This document shows, one piece after another, positions 49,432 through 60,727 of a DNA stretch of 64,000 nucleotides. Origin of the DNA: Squalus acanthias (taxonomy: Eukaryota); the NCBI GenBank assembly GCA_030390025.1, contig CM059432.1:140804001-140868000 (forward strand), read 5' to 3'. Positions within the stretch are counted from its first letter, which is position 1; the number at the start of each line of letters is the position of its first letter. Both the position numbers and the translations under genes were made by a program. The notes beneath the pieces were generated by a model. The model did not search any database and had not been told where the DNA came from. It saw nothing but the letters and a program-made list of their open reading frames with translations.

Positions 49432-49953
49432 TAAACTTCAGCTCATCCAAAACTCGGCTGCCCGTATCCTAACTCGCACCGAGTCCCGTTCACCCATCAC
49501 CCGCTGTGCTCGCTGAGCTACATTGGCTCCCGGTTCGGCAACGCCTCATCTTAAAAATTCTCATCCTCGTTTTCAAATCCCTTTGTGGCCTTAATCCCTT
49601 CCTATCTCTGTAACTTCCTCCAGCCCTGCACCCTCTGATATCTCTGTAACCTCCTCCAATTCTGGCCTCTTGTGATTTCCCGATTTTCATCGCTCCACCT
49701 TTAGCAGCCGTGCCTTCAGTTGTCTAGGCCCTAAGCTCTGGAATTCCCTCCCTAAACCTCTCCGCCTCTCCTCCTATCTCCCCTCCTTTAAGATGCTTCT
49801 TAAAACCTACCTCTTTGACCAAGCTTTTGGGGACCTGTCCTAATATCTCCTTAGGGGGCTTGGTGTCAAATTTTGTTTGATAATCACTCCTGTGAAGCGC
49901 CTTGGGATGTTTTACTGCGTTAAAGGCACCATATAAATGCAAGTTGTTGTTGT
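49432..49953 (+). mobile_element. L2 3' fragment; further copies at 3700-3815(-), 6600-6944(+), 17640-17990(+), 25992-26300(+), 28375-28768(+), 29445-29745(-), 48140-48328(+), 52328-52642(+) and an older one at 55200-55670(+)
   Basis: Shared CTCTGGAATTCCCTCCCTAAACCTCTCCGCC body and AAAGGCGCTATATAAATGCAAGTTGTTG tail. Confidence 0.85.
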
Positions 49954-49977
49954 AGGGGTGTCTTCAGAGCCTCTGGG

Positions 49978-50141
49978 CCAGGGAAGGGGGATGAGTGTGT
50001 GAGGGAGTGGAAGGCCAGGGAAGGGGGATGGGTGTGTGAGGGAGTGGAAGGCCGGGGAAGGGGGATGAGTGTGTGAGGGAGTGGAAGGCCAGGGAAGGGG
50101 GATGAGTGTGTGAGGGAGTGGAAGGCCAGGGAAGGGGGATG
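49978..50141. repeat. 37-bp purine-rich tandem repeat (~4.4 units)
   Basis: Unit CCAGGGAAGGGGGATGAGTGTGTGAGGGAGTGGAAGG. Confidence 0.92.
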
Positions 50142-50365
50142 CAATCTCTGTGCACTTTCTGCGTGTTAGGCATTGTTCGCAAGGAGCCGCAAGCAATGTA
50201 TTTAAATAAGCTCCCGTGGCGCCAGCATAGCACAATGCACTGTCGACATGCCCAGTGTCGAATGAGCAGTGGTCCCAGTCTATCTGTACCGCCATCACAT
50301 TATCATCCTGCATCCCAGAGCGACCCCGTTCATTTTAATGCAGGGGTATCACAACTCCGGGTCTA

Positions 50366-50943
50366 TCATAAGAACATAAGAAATAGGAGCAAGAGTAGGC
50401 CAGACGGTCCATCGAGCCTGCTCAATCAATAAGATCATGGCTGAACCTATACCTCAACTCTACTTTCCCGCCCGATCCCCATACCCCTTGATTACCTCAG
50501 AGTCCAAAAATCTATCGATCTCAACCTTGAATACACTCAACGACTGAGAGTCCACAGCCCTCTGGGGCAGAGAATTCCAAAGATTCACAACCCTCTGAGT
50601 GAAGAAATTTCTCCTCATCTCAGTCCTAAATAGCTGAGAATATGACCCCTAGTTCTAGACTCTCCAGCCAGCGGAAACAGTCTCCCAGCATCTACCCTGT
50701 CGAGCCCTCTAAGAATTTTATACATTTCAATGAGATCACCTCTCATTCTTCTAAACTCCAGAGAATATAGGCCCATTCTACTCAATCTCCCCTCATAGGA
50801 CAGCCCTCTCGTCCCAGGAAACAATCTAGTGAACCTTTGTTGCACCGCCTCGAAGTCAAGTATATCCTTCCTTAGGTAAGGAGACCAAAATTGTGCACAG
50901 TACTCCGGGTGTGGTCTCACCAAAGCCCTGTACAATTGTAGCA
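50366..50943 (-). mobile_element. CR1 3' fragment
   Basis: LYRALVRPHPEYCAQFWSPYLRKD; tail at 50366. Confidence 0.88.
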
Positions 50944-52769
50944 TCGTGGGAATGGGACTAGTTAGATAGCTCGACCAAAGAGCCAGCACAAGCATGATGG
51001 GCCGAATAGCCCCCCGTCCGTGCTGTATCAGTGTATGATTCCATGATTCTATCTGAGGAGTCGGTATGGAGTTCTCAGGCACCATAAAACACATTACTGG
51101 CTGGGTACTGCTTCCCACTAACGAAGCAGGGAGCTTCTCAGACCAGTCAAAAGCCCCTGAAAAGGAATGGAGATGCTCCAGAGTGCAGGCAACTCTTCCC
51201 CTTAACGAAAGAAAGGGTTTGCATTTATATTGCACTTTTCATGACCTCAGGACTTCCCAAAACGCTTTACCAATGAAGTACTTTCGAAGTGTAGTCACTG
51301 TTGTAATGTAGGAAACGTGGCAGCCAACTTGCGCACAGCAAGCTCCCACAGACAGCAACCTAATAATAAGCAGATCATCTGTTTCAATGATGTTGGTTGA
51401 GGAATAAATATTGGCCCAGGGCACTTAAGTGACCCGGAGTGAAGGAGACATAAAAAGACAGGTATCGATGAAGCAAGAAAAATGTCACTGTGATATAATG
51501 GCATATATACACACGAACATATAATGGCCATAAAGTTCCACAGGGGTTCCACTAATCGTCCCCAAAATTATGACAGTAGATCACGAGAATCCCCATGGAA
51601 TTTCAGCGCCACTATGCTTATATGTTTTCCAAGTAGTTTTTGGGATTGACTTGTTGAAGATCAAGTATTGCCCCATAACCTCTTCTTCCTTTGCCCTGAG
51701 AGCATTTCAATCAGCCTTAATCAGGCAACTAAGTACCCGTTAGAATCAGGACCTTAATCAGTCCCTTCAAGTGAGCCCTGACTCTGAGGAAATAAATTTA
51801 TTTATAGAAACAAAAGATTTCCCAGAACAGACTTACTGTTACTTAGAAAAAGCAGTACTGCCTCAAATGTACTTGTACTGCACTTATAATGAATGAACAC
51901 AGATTTGCAGAGAAAACCATGCCAAGGGTTTGACATCTTGAAGGGTTGTAAAGTACTGAGAACAGCTAATCAGAAGCTGTTTCGAAACCAGTCTCTAACT
52001 TGGGTGCATTTATAAGAACCAGAGAATTAGTCCTTTGGCTTATTTTGTCACCACCATATGACATGAAACATTATGCACTTTTCTGCAAGTTTTTACTTTA
52101 GCTGTTCCAAACTTGGACTAAATCGCGTCGCTCTCGATCAACATCTGATGTGAATTTCCCCAGGCAAGATTTGATTCTTGCTGCGCTGACTCTATAATGT
52201 TGGCACCGCGACGCATGCTACAATATTAAGGAAGCCGAACCGGTTCATTTTATTGTTCCTGCCTTCTTTTTACACCATTGACGTTTAGCCTTCAGGTACT
52301 AAGAAGAGGGAAAGGACAGCCAATCAATTCAAACCCCTCCATGGCCTCGCCCCTGCCTATCTCTGTAACCTCCTCTGTAACCCTCCAACATTGCTGTGCT
52401 CCTCCAATTCTGACCTCTGGCGCATCCCTGAAATCCCTCCCTAAACCTCTCCGCCTCTCTACCTCTCTCTCTCTGCCTTTAAGACGCTCCTTAAAATCTA
52501 CCTCTTTGACCAAGCTTTTGGTCCCCTGTCCTTATGTCTCCTTATGTGGCTCGGTGTCAAATTTTGCCCGATAACGTTCCTGTGAAGCGCCTTGGGCCGT
52601 TTTATGATGTTAAAGGTGCTGTATAAATGCAAGTTGTTGTTGCATCTAATGCTGCCCATTGTATCTTGGAAAAATCAGCATTGCACAGTGTATGGATTGC
52701 TGATGCAGATGAGACCACAATGATGGGGACATAGATAAACCATTGTTTTACAACAACTCCTGCTTATTC

Positions 52770-54920
52770 AACAAAAGAAGCTCTGGAGAAACTGCAAAAG
52801 TTGATACCAGGACTGAGGAGGTACAACTATCAGGAAAAATTGAACAGGCTGAGACTCTTCCAGAAAAGAGAAGGCTGAGGGGCGATCAGATAGAGGTCTT
52901 TAAGATTATGAAGGGGTTCCATAGGGTAGACGTAGAGAAGATGTTTCCACTTGTGGGGGAGTCCAAAACTAGGGGTCAAAAATATAAGACAGTCACTAAT
53001 AAATCCAATAAGGGATTCAGAAGAAACTTCTTTACTCAGAGAGTGGTAAGAATGTGGAACTCGCTACCACAAGGAGTAGTTGAGACAAATAGCGCCGATG
53101 CATTTAAGGGGAAGTTAGATAAGTAAATGAGGGGGAAAGGAATAGAAGGTGTAAGGTTTCCAAAATTTACAGATCCCCAAAACCTAAGGAAAAAGGACTT
53201 TGGAACTACCTCAGAGTGATAAAAATGCATTTGGGCTTAACCTAAGGAATTTAAGACCAAAAACCAAGTTTTGGCATTTTAAAAACATGTCTGGGCCTGT
53301 AAAGGGGCAAGGAGGTGGGATCGACCTCTGTAAAAGCAGTTTGGTTATTGCAGTTAATTACACTGTCTGGGGAACCGGGATGACCTCACTCAAGCCCCAG
53401 CAGACATTAACATTTGAACAACAGACCCTGGGAGAAGACAGTCCCACCCAAAATACAGGCCCCATCAAAACCGATTACAGGGCCCATCAGAAACATGCAT
53501 AATAAAACCCACTCAGGCCCATTCTATAGAAAGACCGAGTCCAGCCTAGAAAACCAAACACGAAACCAATCACCAGTGATCAACCACGGAAATCGTCAGG
53601 ATGCAAGTCATCCCAAAAACCATTTCACACTTACAGAGCAGTTACTGGTAACGAGCCCGCCAAAACCTTACAAAGAGTAAGACAAGATTTGGCGCGCAGA
53701 TAAGGCCATGTTCAATGGGTGAGATTGAAGGCCTGTTCAAAACCAGTTAACACGCTAGTAAAGTCGTTACCGTTAACGAGCCCGCCAAAACCAGACAATG
53801 AACTGAGCAGATTTGGCGGGCAGATAAGGCCACTTCAATTTGGTATAATTGAAGGCCTGTTAAGTGGTTCGACAGTCGAGACAAGCGGGCCATCAGCATC
53901 ACACACACAGTCGAGTGTAGAGACAAGGAGCAACATCACAGACCCAAGTCGAGCTGGAAGCGAGTCGGCATCGCTCACCACTCAGACACACCTGAGTCCA
54001 ACTCATGAAGATACCACCTCGACGGACCTCCAACAACGGTCCCAACACAGTCACCCGGAGCAACAAGCTGAAAAGCCACTGACGGCTCCACGAGGTCGAC
54101 CGACACACTAGACAAGGCCTAAAACCATCGCGGAAACCAAAGGCCTCACGAAACCAACAATCGCATATTACCCCCAACTGACCAGGTAATAGCAGGCCAC
54201 CGCGACCAACAAAGACCAACTCAAGGGAAGAAAACCCGAAGAACCGCAAAGTTTCCACTCTACAATCTACTCCTGACTTACCCCTGGGTAAGATTTTCCC
54301 AAAGACTCTAAGCCCTACTGCTAACCAAAAGAAATTGGGTACTCACCAGATAAATCCAAACCGGCATCCTACCACATCAGCGGACTCGCGAAGACTGACC
54401 AGATACGCAGGTGAAGTCCTCTAACGCATACGGGGTACGGCAGGCACTAACCGACATAAACAACAAACCCCAAAACCGTGATTTAGCCCAACTGTCAAAG
54501 GATAGGTGAGCATTATCCCTGGTCCTTCAAAGCCTAACTTAGCTAGTAAAGTGGGGTTGGGAGGGGTGAAGTATTGTTCTACTGTCATTTCCCTCGCTTG
54601 TACTGAAGTGTTCCCCACCTTTAGAGTGTTAAGAGTGTTATTATTGTGTTTTACCTTTTAATAAAGATTGAAGTTCTTTCATCAAACTCAGTTGTCTGCT
54701 GCACTTTTTATCACAACCCCCAAATAAGTCCCAAGGTCTAGAACCAAGGGAGTGGGAGCGATTCGAACCGCTCAGAAGTCAGAGGTGAAGCTGACACAAA
54801 CCACCACCCCCTACAAAGGATCTGCTGATAAAGTGAGATTAAGTAAATAGAGTGGGACTCTAAACACCGGCATAGATCAGTTGGGCCGAATGGTCTGTTG
54901 CTGTATTGTAAATTCTATGT
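52770..54920 (+). mobile_element. CR1 3' fragment interrupted by a solo LTR
   Basis: ORF end ...FKGKLDK; the 3' UTR resumes at 54820. Confidence 0.85.
53150..54815 (+). mobile_element. Solo LTR (1666 bp), ERV- or Gypsy-like
   Basis: Termini TGTAAGG...CCCTACA; exact 4-bp TSD AAGG (53146-53149 and 54816-54819); AATAAA at 54660-54665; internal ~100-bp direct repeat; no internal gag/pol. Confidence 0.85.
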
Positions 54921-56135
54921 AAAATAAAGACCACAGCAAAGAGGACAGTTTTTCTTTAATGTGGACTGGTTCAGTCGGTTCAGTCTGGAAGCATTTTCCC
55001 TCCTTGGTAGAAGGCTGTAGATTCAAATCCTACGCTGGGAATTTGAGTTATACAACATGTATTGGCACTCCAGTGCAGTGCTGAGGGATCACGGTTTAGC
55101 GCGAGGTGTTGTCCTATCAATGACAGAGTAGGGTTCACTTAACGAGTCCACACTGCCGGGCAATGGGGAGCTTTGTCTGCCAACTGTCCATAGCAGAAAT
55201 TTGGGCTTGCACTGCTCAAGGTGAGGTGCTAGCCAGTCACTAGTAATGCATCAGCAACAAGGACCTGGTTTAGCTTCAAGGGGACAATAGCTTTCTCAGA
55301 CTGGGCTATCTTCCAGTTAAACGACAGCAAAACCAAATCCATCCCCTTGAGCTTCTGAAATGACCTACACACCTCCAGCCTTGCCTCTATCAATCTCCCC
55401 AGGATCCATCTCAGACTAAGCCCAGAGATGTGGAACCTCGGTCAACCTTCCACCCCAAGTTTATATTCTCCCATTTCTGACCCGTTACCAACACCACTTT
55501 CTATCACCTCCGAAACATTGCCCCTCCCCTCCCCCTATCTCTCCCCACCTGCCGCCAAAACCCTTCTCCATGCCTTCTTCACCTCAGGGTTTGATTTCAC
55601 CAGTGTTCTTGTTGGCTTCGCTGTCTCCACTCTTCACAAACTACAGTTCATCCAAAATGTTTCATTTGGCCCTGCGTCCTCAGCCACATCAACCCTGCAT
55701 GCATTTCTCCCAACGTCTGGTCAACTTTTCTTCCTCAACCAGCAGTAAAAATAGACTAACTGGTCATTTATCTCATTGCTGTTTGTGGGCATATTGCTGT
55801 GTGCAAAATGGGTTCATTGGAACACATAGCAACAACGACTGCACTTCGAAGTAATTAATTGTATGTGAAGCATTTTGGGACATCCGGAGAGGCATAAATT
55901 GCAAGTCTTTCTACCTTTATAGCCACAGAAATAACTTAGTCTCTCATTGAGCATAGGGGCTGAGGCATATTTCATCTCACTGCCTTCATGGAAAGGAATG
56001 GGGGAAACCTAATTTTGGGTTGAGATGAAGCCAGGGGCCAGAGTATTGCGATTAGGGGCTGGAGCTAAAAGGGTAGTTGGGACTAGGGCTGGAGGTAGGA
56101 GAGAATAGGGACTAGGTCTGGAGCCAGGAGGGAGT

Positions 56136-57225
56136 AGGGGGAAAACTCTCCACTAGCTGGAGTCATACCTAGCATAAAGGAAGATGGTTGTGGTTATTGG
56201 AAATCAATCATCTCAGCCCCAGGACATGGCTGCAGGAGTTCCTCAGGGCAGTGTCCTAAGCCCAACCATCTTCAACTGCTTCATCAATGACCTTCCCTCC
56301 ATCATAGGGTCAGAAATGGGGATGTTCGCTGATGATTGCACAGTGTTCAGTTCCATTCGCAACTCCTCAGATAATGAAGCAGGCTGTGTCTGCATGCAGC
56401 AAGACCTGGACAACATTCAGGCTTGGGCTGATAAGTGGTAAGTAACATTTGCACCACACAAGTGCCAGGCAATGACTATCTCCAACAAGAGAGAGTCGAA
56501 CCATCTTCCCTTGACATTTAACGGGATTACCATCGCCGAATCCCCTACCATCAACATCCTGGGGGTCACCATTGACCAGAAACTTAACTGGACCAGCCAA
56601 ATAAATACTGTGGCAACAAGAGCAGGTTAGAGGCTAGGTATTCTGTGGTGGATGTCTCACCTCCTGACTCCCCAAAGCCTTTCCACCATCTACAAGGCAC
56701 AAGTCAGGAGTGTGATGGAATACTCTCCACTTGCCTGGGTGAGTGCAGCTCCAACAGCACTCAAGAAGCTCGACACCATCCAGGACAAAGCAGCCCGCTT
56801 GATCGGCACCCCATCCACCACCTTAAACATTCACTCCCTCCACCGTACCGTGGCTGCAGTGTGTACCATCTACAAGATGCAGTGCAGCAACTCGCCAAGG
56901 CTTCTCCAGCAGCACCTCCCAAACCCGCGACCTCTACCACCTAGAAGGACAAGGACAGCAGGCGCATGGGAACACCACTACCACCAAGTTCCACTCCAAG
57001 TCACACACCATCCTGACTTGGAAATATATCGCTGTTCCTTCATCGTCGCTGGGTCAAAATCCTGGAACTCCCTCCCTAACAGCACTGTGGGAGCACCTTC
57101 ACCACACGGACTGCAGCGGTTCAGGAAGGCAGCTCACCACCACCTTCTCGAGGGCAATTAGGGATGGGCAATAAATGCTGGCCTTGCCAGTGATGCCCAC
57201 ATCCCATAAATGAATTTTTTTTAAA
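56136..57225 (+). mobile_element. LINE family B, 5'-truncated, inserted in a G-rich minisatellite
   Basis: ORFs at 56184 and 56652; highly similar to ~21063-22130. Confidence 0.88.
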
Positions 57226-57237
57226 TTAAGAATTAAA

Positions 57238-57828
57238 GGACTAGGGATGGAGGTCGGAGGGAGTAGGGACTAGGGATGGAGGTAAGGGGGAGTAGGGAAT
57301 TAGGGATGGAGGTAGGGGGGAGTATGGACTAGGGATGGAGGTCGGAGGGAGTAGGGACTAGGGATGGAGGTAGGGGGGAGTAGGGACTAGGGATGGAGGT
57401 AGGGGGGAGTAGGGACTAGGGATGGAGGTAGGGGGGAGTAGGGAATTAGGGATGGAGGTAAGGGGGAGTAGGGACTAGGGATGGAGGTCGGAGGGGTATG
57501 GACTAGGGATGGAGGTAGGGGGGAGTAGGGACTAGGGATGGAGGTAGGGGGGAGTAGGGACTAGGGATGGAGGTCGGAGGGGTATGGACTAGGGATGGAG
57601 GTCGGAGGGGAGTAGGGACTAGGGATGGAGGTAAGGGGGAGTAGGGACTAGGGATGGAGGTAAGGGGGAGTAGGGACTAGGGATGGAGGTAAGGGGGAGT
57701 AGGGAATTAGGGATGGAGGTAAGGGGGAGTAGGGACTAGGGATGGAGGTCAGAGGGAGTAGGGGATTAGGGATGGAGGTCGGAGGGAGCAGGGACTAGGG
57801 ATGGAGGTCGGAGGGAGTAGGGAGTAGG
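57238..57828. repeat. ~29-bp G-rich minisatellite (~20 units); degenerate units also at 56050-56140
   Basis: Unit GGGACTAGGGATGGAGGTAGGGGGGAGTA. Confidence 0.93.
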
Positions 57829-58929
57829 AGCTTACGCTTGGTGAAAATAAGGAAAGTGGGACCCGGGGTTCTAGCTGGGAGGGAGTGTGGAGGTTGGAAA
57901 CTGGGCGAGAGCCAGAGGCATGGCTGTACAGAGATATTGGGCTGGGAACATGGAGATCACATGAGTGATAATGTATTAAAAGGCAGAAGGTGTTGGGGTA
58001 ATTTTTTTGGTGGAATGTGCGAGGGGAGAAAATTGAAAGTGGGGAGGAATGTTTTATGCAATATGATTAATTATTGTCATGTATTATAAAAATCACAAGT
58101 TTAAAATTGAATTAGAATGGAGAAACATTCAGAGACTTAAGCATTCCATCAATGAATAAGAAGAAAATTGACAGACGCATAGGCATAATGAAGATAACAG
58201 ATTCAACGCACAGAGGAATTTTTATTATTAACCCTAGCTTTAATTTCCAAAACAGCATTAATAAAACAGGATGTAAAAATCTGTGACTCAAGGAAATTAA
58301 TGTAGGTAATAATTTATAAGTTGGGAAGCAGCTCCCTCTAGTGTAACTTTCAATTTCCTGCTGTACCATACAAGGCACAATAGTTTGAGGACTTTATTTA
58401 TATTTGCCAAAGTTTTATTGACTTTTGAAGAGTTTATGTTCACATATATGTTTTCTGCAGGTCCCACCAGTGTCCCTGACAACCTTGGTCTACCATATCA
58501 AGAACAGCTACCCGGAAATGAAGGATCGAGATATGCCTGAAGAATCTGAAAGAGTTTTGGTAGAAAGATTGCGGAGAAGATCCAGGAAGGAAGGAACATA
58601 TGAACAGGAGGAGGCCATTCAGCCCCTCGAGTCTGTTCTGCCATTCAATTAGATCGTGGCTGATCTGTATTAAGTTCATTTACCCACCTTGGTTCCGAAA
58701 CCCTTACCTTACCCAACAAAAATCTATCAATTTCAGTTTTGACATTTTCAATTGACCCCCCGAGCCTCAACATCTTTTTGGGGGAGAGAGTTCCAGATTT
58801 CCACTACCCTTTGTGTGAAGAAATGTTTCCTGACATCACCCCTGAACGGCCTGGCTCTAATTTTAAGGTTATGTCCCCTTGTTCCGTACTCCCCCCCTGA
58901 CCAGAGTAAATAGTTTCTCTCTATCTAAC

Positions 58930-59458
58930 ACAGGACGGAGAGTGAGGAGACTGAGAACAAACTGTCACAGGACGGAGAGTGAGGAGACTCAGAACAAACT
59001 GTCACAGGACGGAGAGTGAGGAGACTCAGAACAAACTGCCACAGGACAGAGAGTGAGGAGACTCAGAACAAACTGTCACAGGACGGAGAGTGAGGAGACT
59101 GAGAACAAACTGTCACAGGACGGAGAGTGAGGAGACTCAGAACAAACTGTCACAGGACGGAGAGTGAGGAGACTCAGAACAAACTGCCACAGGACGGAGA
59201 GTGAGGAGACTCAGAACAAACTGTCACAGGACAGAGTGAGGAGACTCAGAACAAACTGCCACAGGACAGAGAGTGAGGAGACTCAGAACAAACTGTCACA
59301 GGACAGAGTGAGGAGACTCAGAACAAACTGCCACAGGACAGAGAGTGAGGAGACTCAGAACAAACTGCCACAGGACAGAGAGTGAGGAGACTCAGAACAA
59401 ACTGTCACAGGACAGAGTGAGGAGACTCAGAACAAACTGCCACAGGACAGAGAGTGAG
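58930..59458 (+). repeat. 37-bp tandem array (14 full units plus a partial; some are 35 bp) forming the LINE 5' end
   Basis: Unit ACAGGACGGAGAGTGAGGAGACTCAGAACAAACTGTC; lies inside the TSD. Confidence 0.95.
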
Positions 59459-59732
59459 GCGGACCTGGGTGGAGCAACAGCGGCGAGGCGGCGGCGGTAA
59501 AAGGCGGCAGCGACCAGGTAGGCTTTCACCAAGCCGAGAGCAGGAGAGAGGTAAAAAATAATCGAAGTGTGACATCACCAGAAAGCAGGTAAGTGATTGG
59601 TTGGTGAGTATTTCTCTTTTTTTTTATACAAAACTTCAATTTTATTGTTTCTCGGGTATCTGTGGTGTAGCAGAGACTGCTGGCATAAATTAACTGAACA
59701 GTAAATAATACATTTTTAATTAATTACATAGA

Positions 59733-60689
59733 ATGGGAGAGCAGGTGATGTGTTACTGCTGCAATATGTGGGAGCTGGTGGACACCATTGATGTTCACGG
59801 TGAACACATTTGCAGTAAGTGTTGGCTGCTCGAGGAACTCCGGCTCCGTGTTGATGAGCTGGAGTCCGAGCTTCAAACACTGCGACACATCAGGGAGGGG
59901 GAGAGTTACCTGGACTCCATGTTTCAGGAGGTAGTCACACCAATTAGAGTAACTAATTCAGAAGTAGCCCGTGGTCAGGGACAGGAAGGTGTGACTACGA
60001 GTGAGGCAGGTACAGGGATCCAGGAGGTAGTGTTGGAGGAGCTGCAGCCCTTGCTCTTGTCCAACAGGTTCGAGGCTCTTACTCCCTGTGTGGATAGGAG
60101 CGGGGACTGCAGGGAGGATGAGCAACCTGGCCACAGCACCGTGGTAAGGGGGGCCATTCAAGTGGGGGGAGTAAAAAGAAATGTTGTAGTGGTAGGGGAT
60201 AGTATCATTAGGGGGATAGATAGGGTTCTTTGCAGCCAAGAGCGAGAGTCCCGAAGGCTGTGTTGCCTGCCCGGTGCCAGGGTTAAGGACATCTCCTCTG
60301 GGCTGGAGAGAAACTTGGAGTGGGAGGGGGAGGATCCAGTTGTAGTGGTCCATGTTGGTACCAATGACATAGATAGGACAAGGAAAGAGGTTCTGCTGAG
60401 GGAGTTTGAGCAGCTAGGGGCCAAATTAAAAAGCAGAACCTCGAGGGTAATAATCTCTGGATTACTACCTGAGCCACGAGCAAATTTGGCTAGGGTAAAT
60501 AAAATCAGGGAGTTGAATGCGTGGCTCAAAGACTGGTGTGGGAAAAATGGGTTTTGCTTCTTGGGACACTGGCACCAGTACTGGGGCAGGAGAGAGCTGT
60601 TCCGTTGGGACGGACTTCACTTGGCCAGTGCTGGGACTAGTGTCCTGGCGAATCGAATAACTAGGGCTGTGGAGAGGGCTTTAAACTAA
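59733..60689 (+). CDS. CR1 ORF1p: N-terminal zinc-finger/coiled-coil plus SGNH/GDSL esterase domain (318 aa)
   Basis: Cys motif CYCC..W...CSKC followed by a Leu heptad. SGNH blocks VVGDS, CLPGA, HVGTND and WDGLH are all present. Confidence 0.93.
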   Translation: MGEQVMCYCCNMWELVDTIDVHGEHICSKCWLLEELRLRVDELESELQTLRHIREGESYLDSMFQEVVTPIRVTNSEVARGQGQEGVTTSEAGTGIQEVVLEELQPLLLSNRFEALTPCVDRSGDCREDEQPGHSTVVRGAIQVGGVKRNVVVVGDSIIRGIDRVLCSQERESRRLCCLPGARVKDISSGLERNLEWEGEDPVVVVHVGTNDIDRTRKEVLLREFEQLGAKLKSRTSRVIISGLLPEPRANLARVNKIRELNAWLKDWCGKNGFCFLGHWHQYWGRRELFRWDGLHLASAGTSVLANRITRAVERALN

Positions 60690-60727
60690 TTAGTGGGGGG
60701 GAGGTTTCAAGAGAGCAAAAAATAAAA

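Noticed and set aside
53200..54618. ORFs inside the LTR
   Set aside because: No gag, pol or env motifs; short and low-complexity.
59164..59385. Repetitive 73-aa ORF, and a CRISPR-like look of this and the other arrays
   Set aside because: Units are contiguous with no unique spacers and no cas genes; this one is the LINE 5' array.
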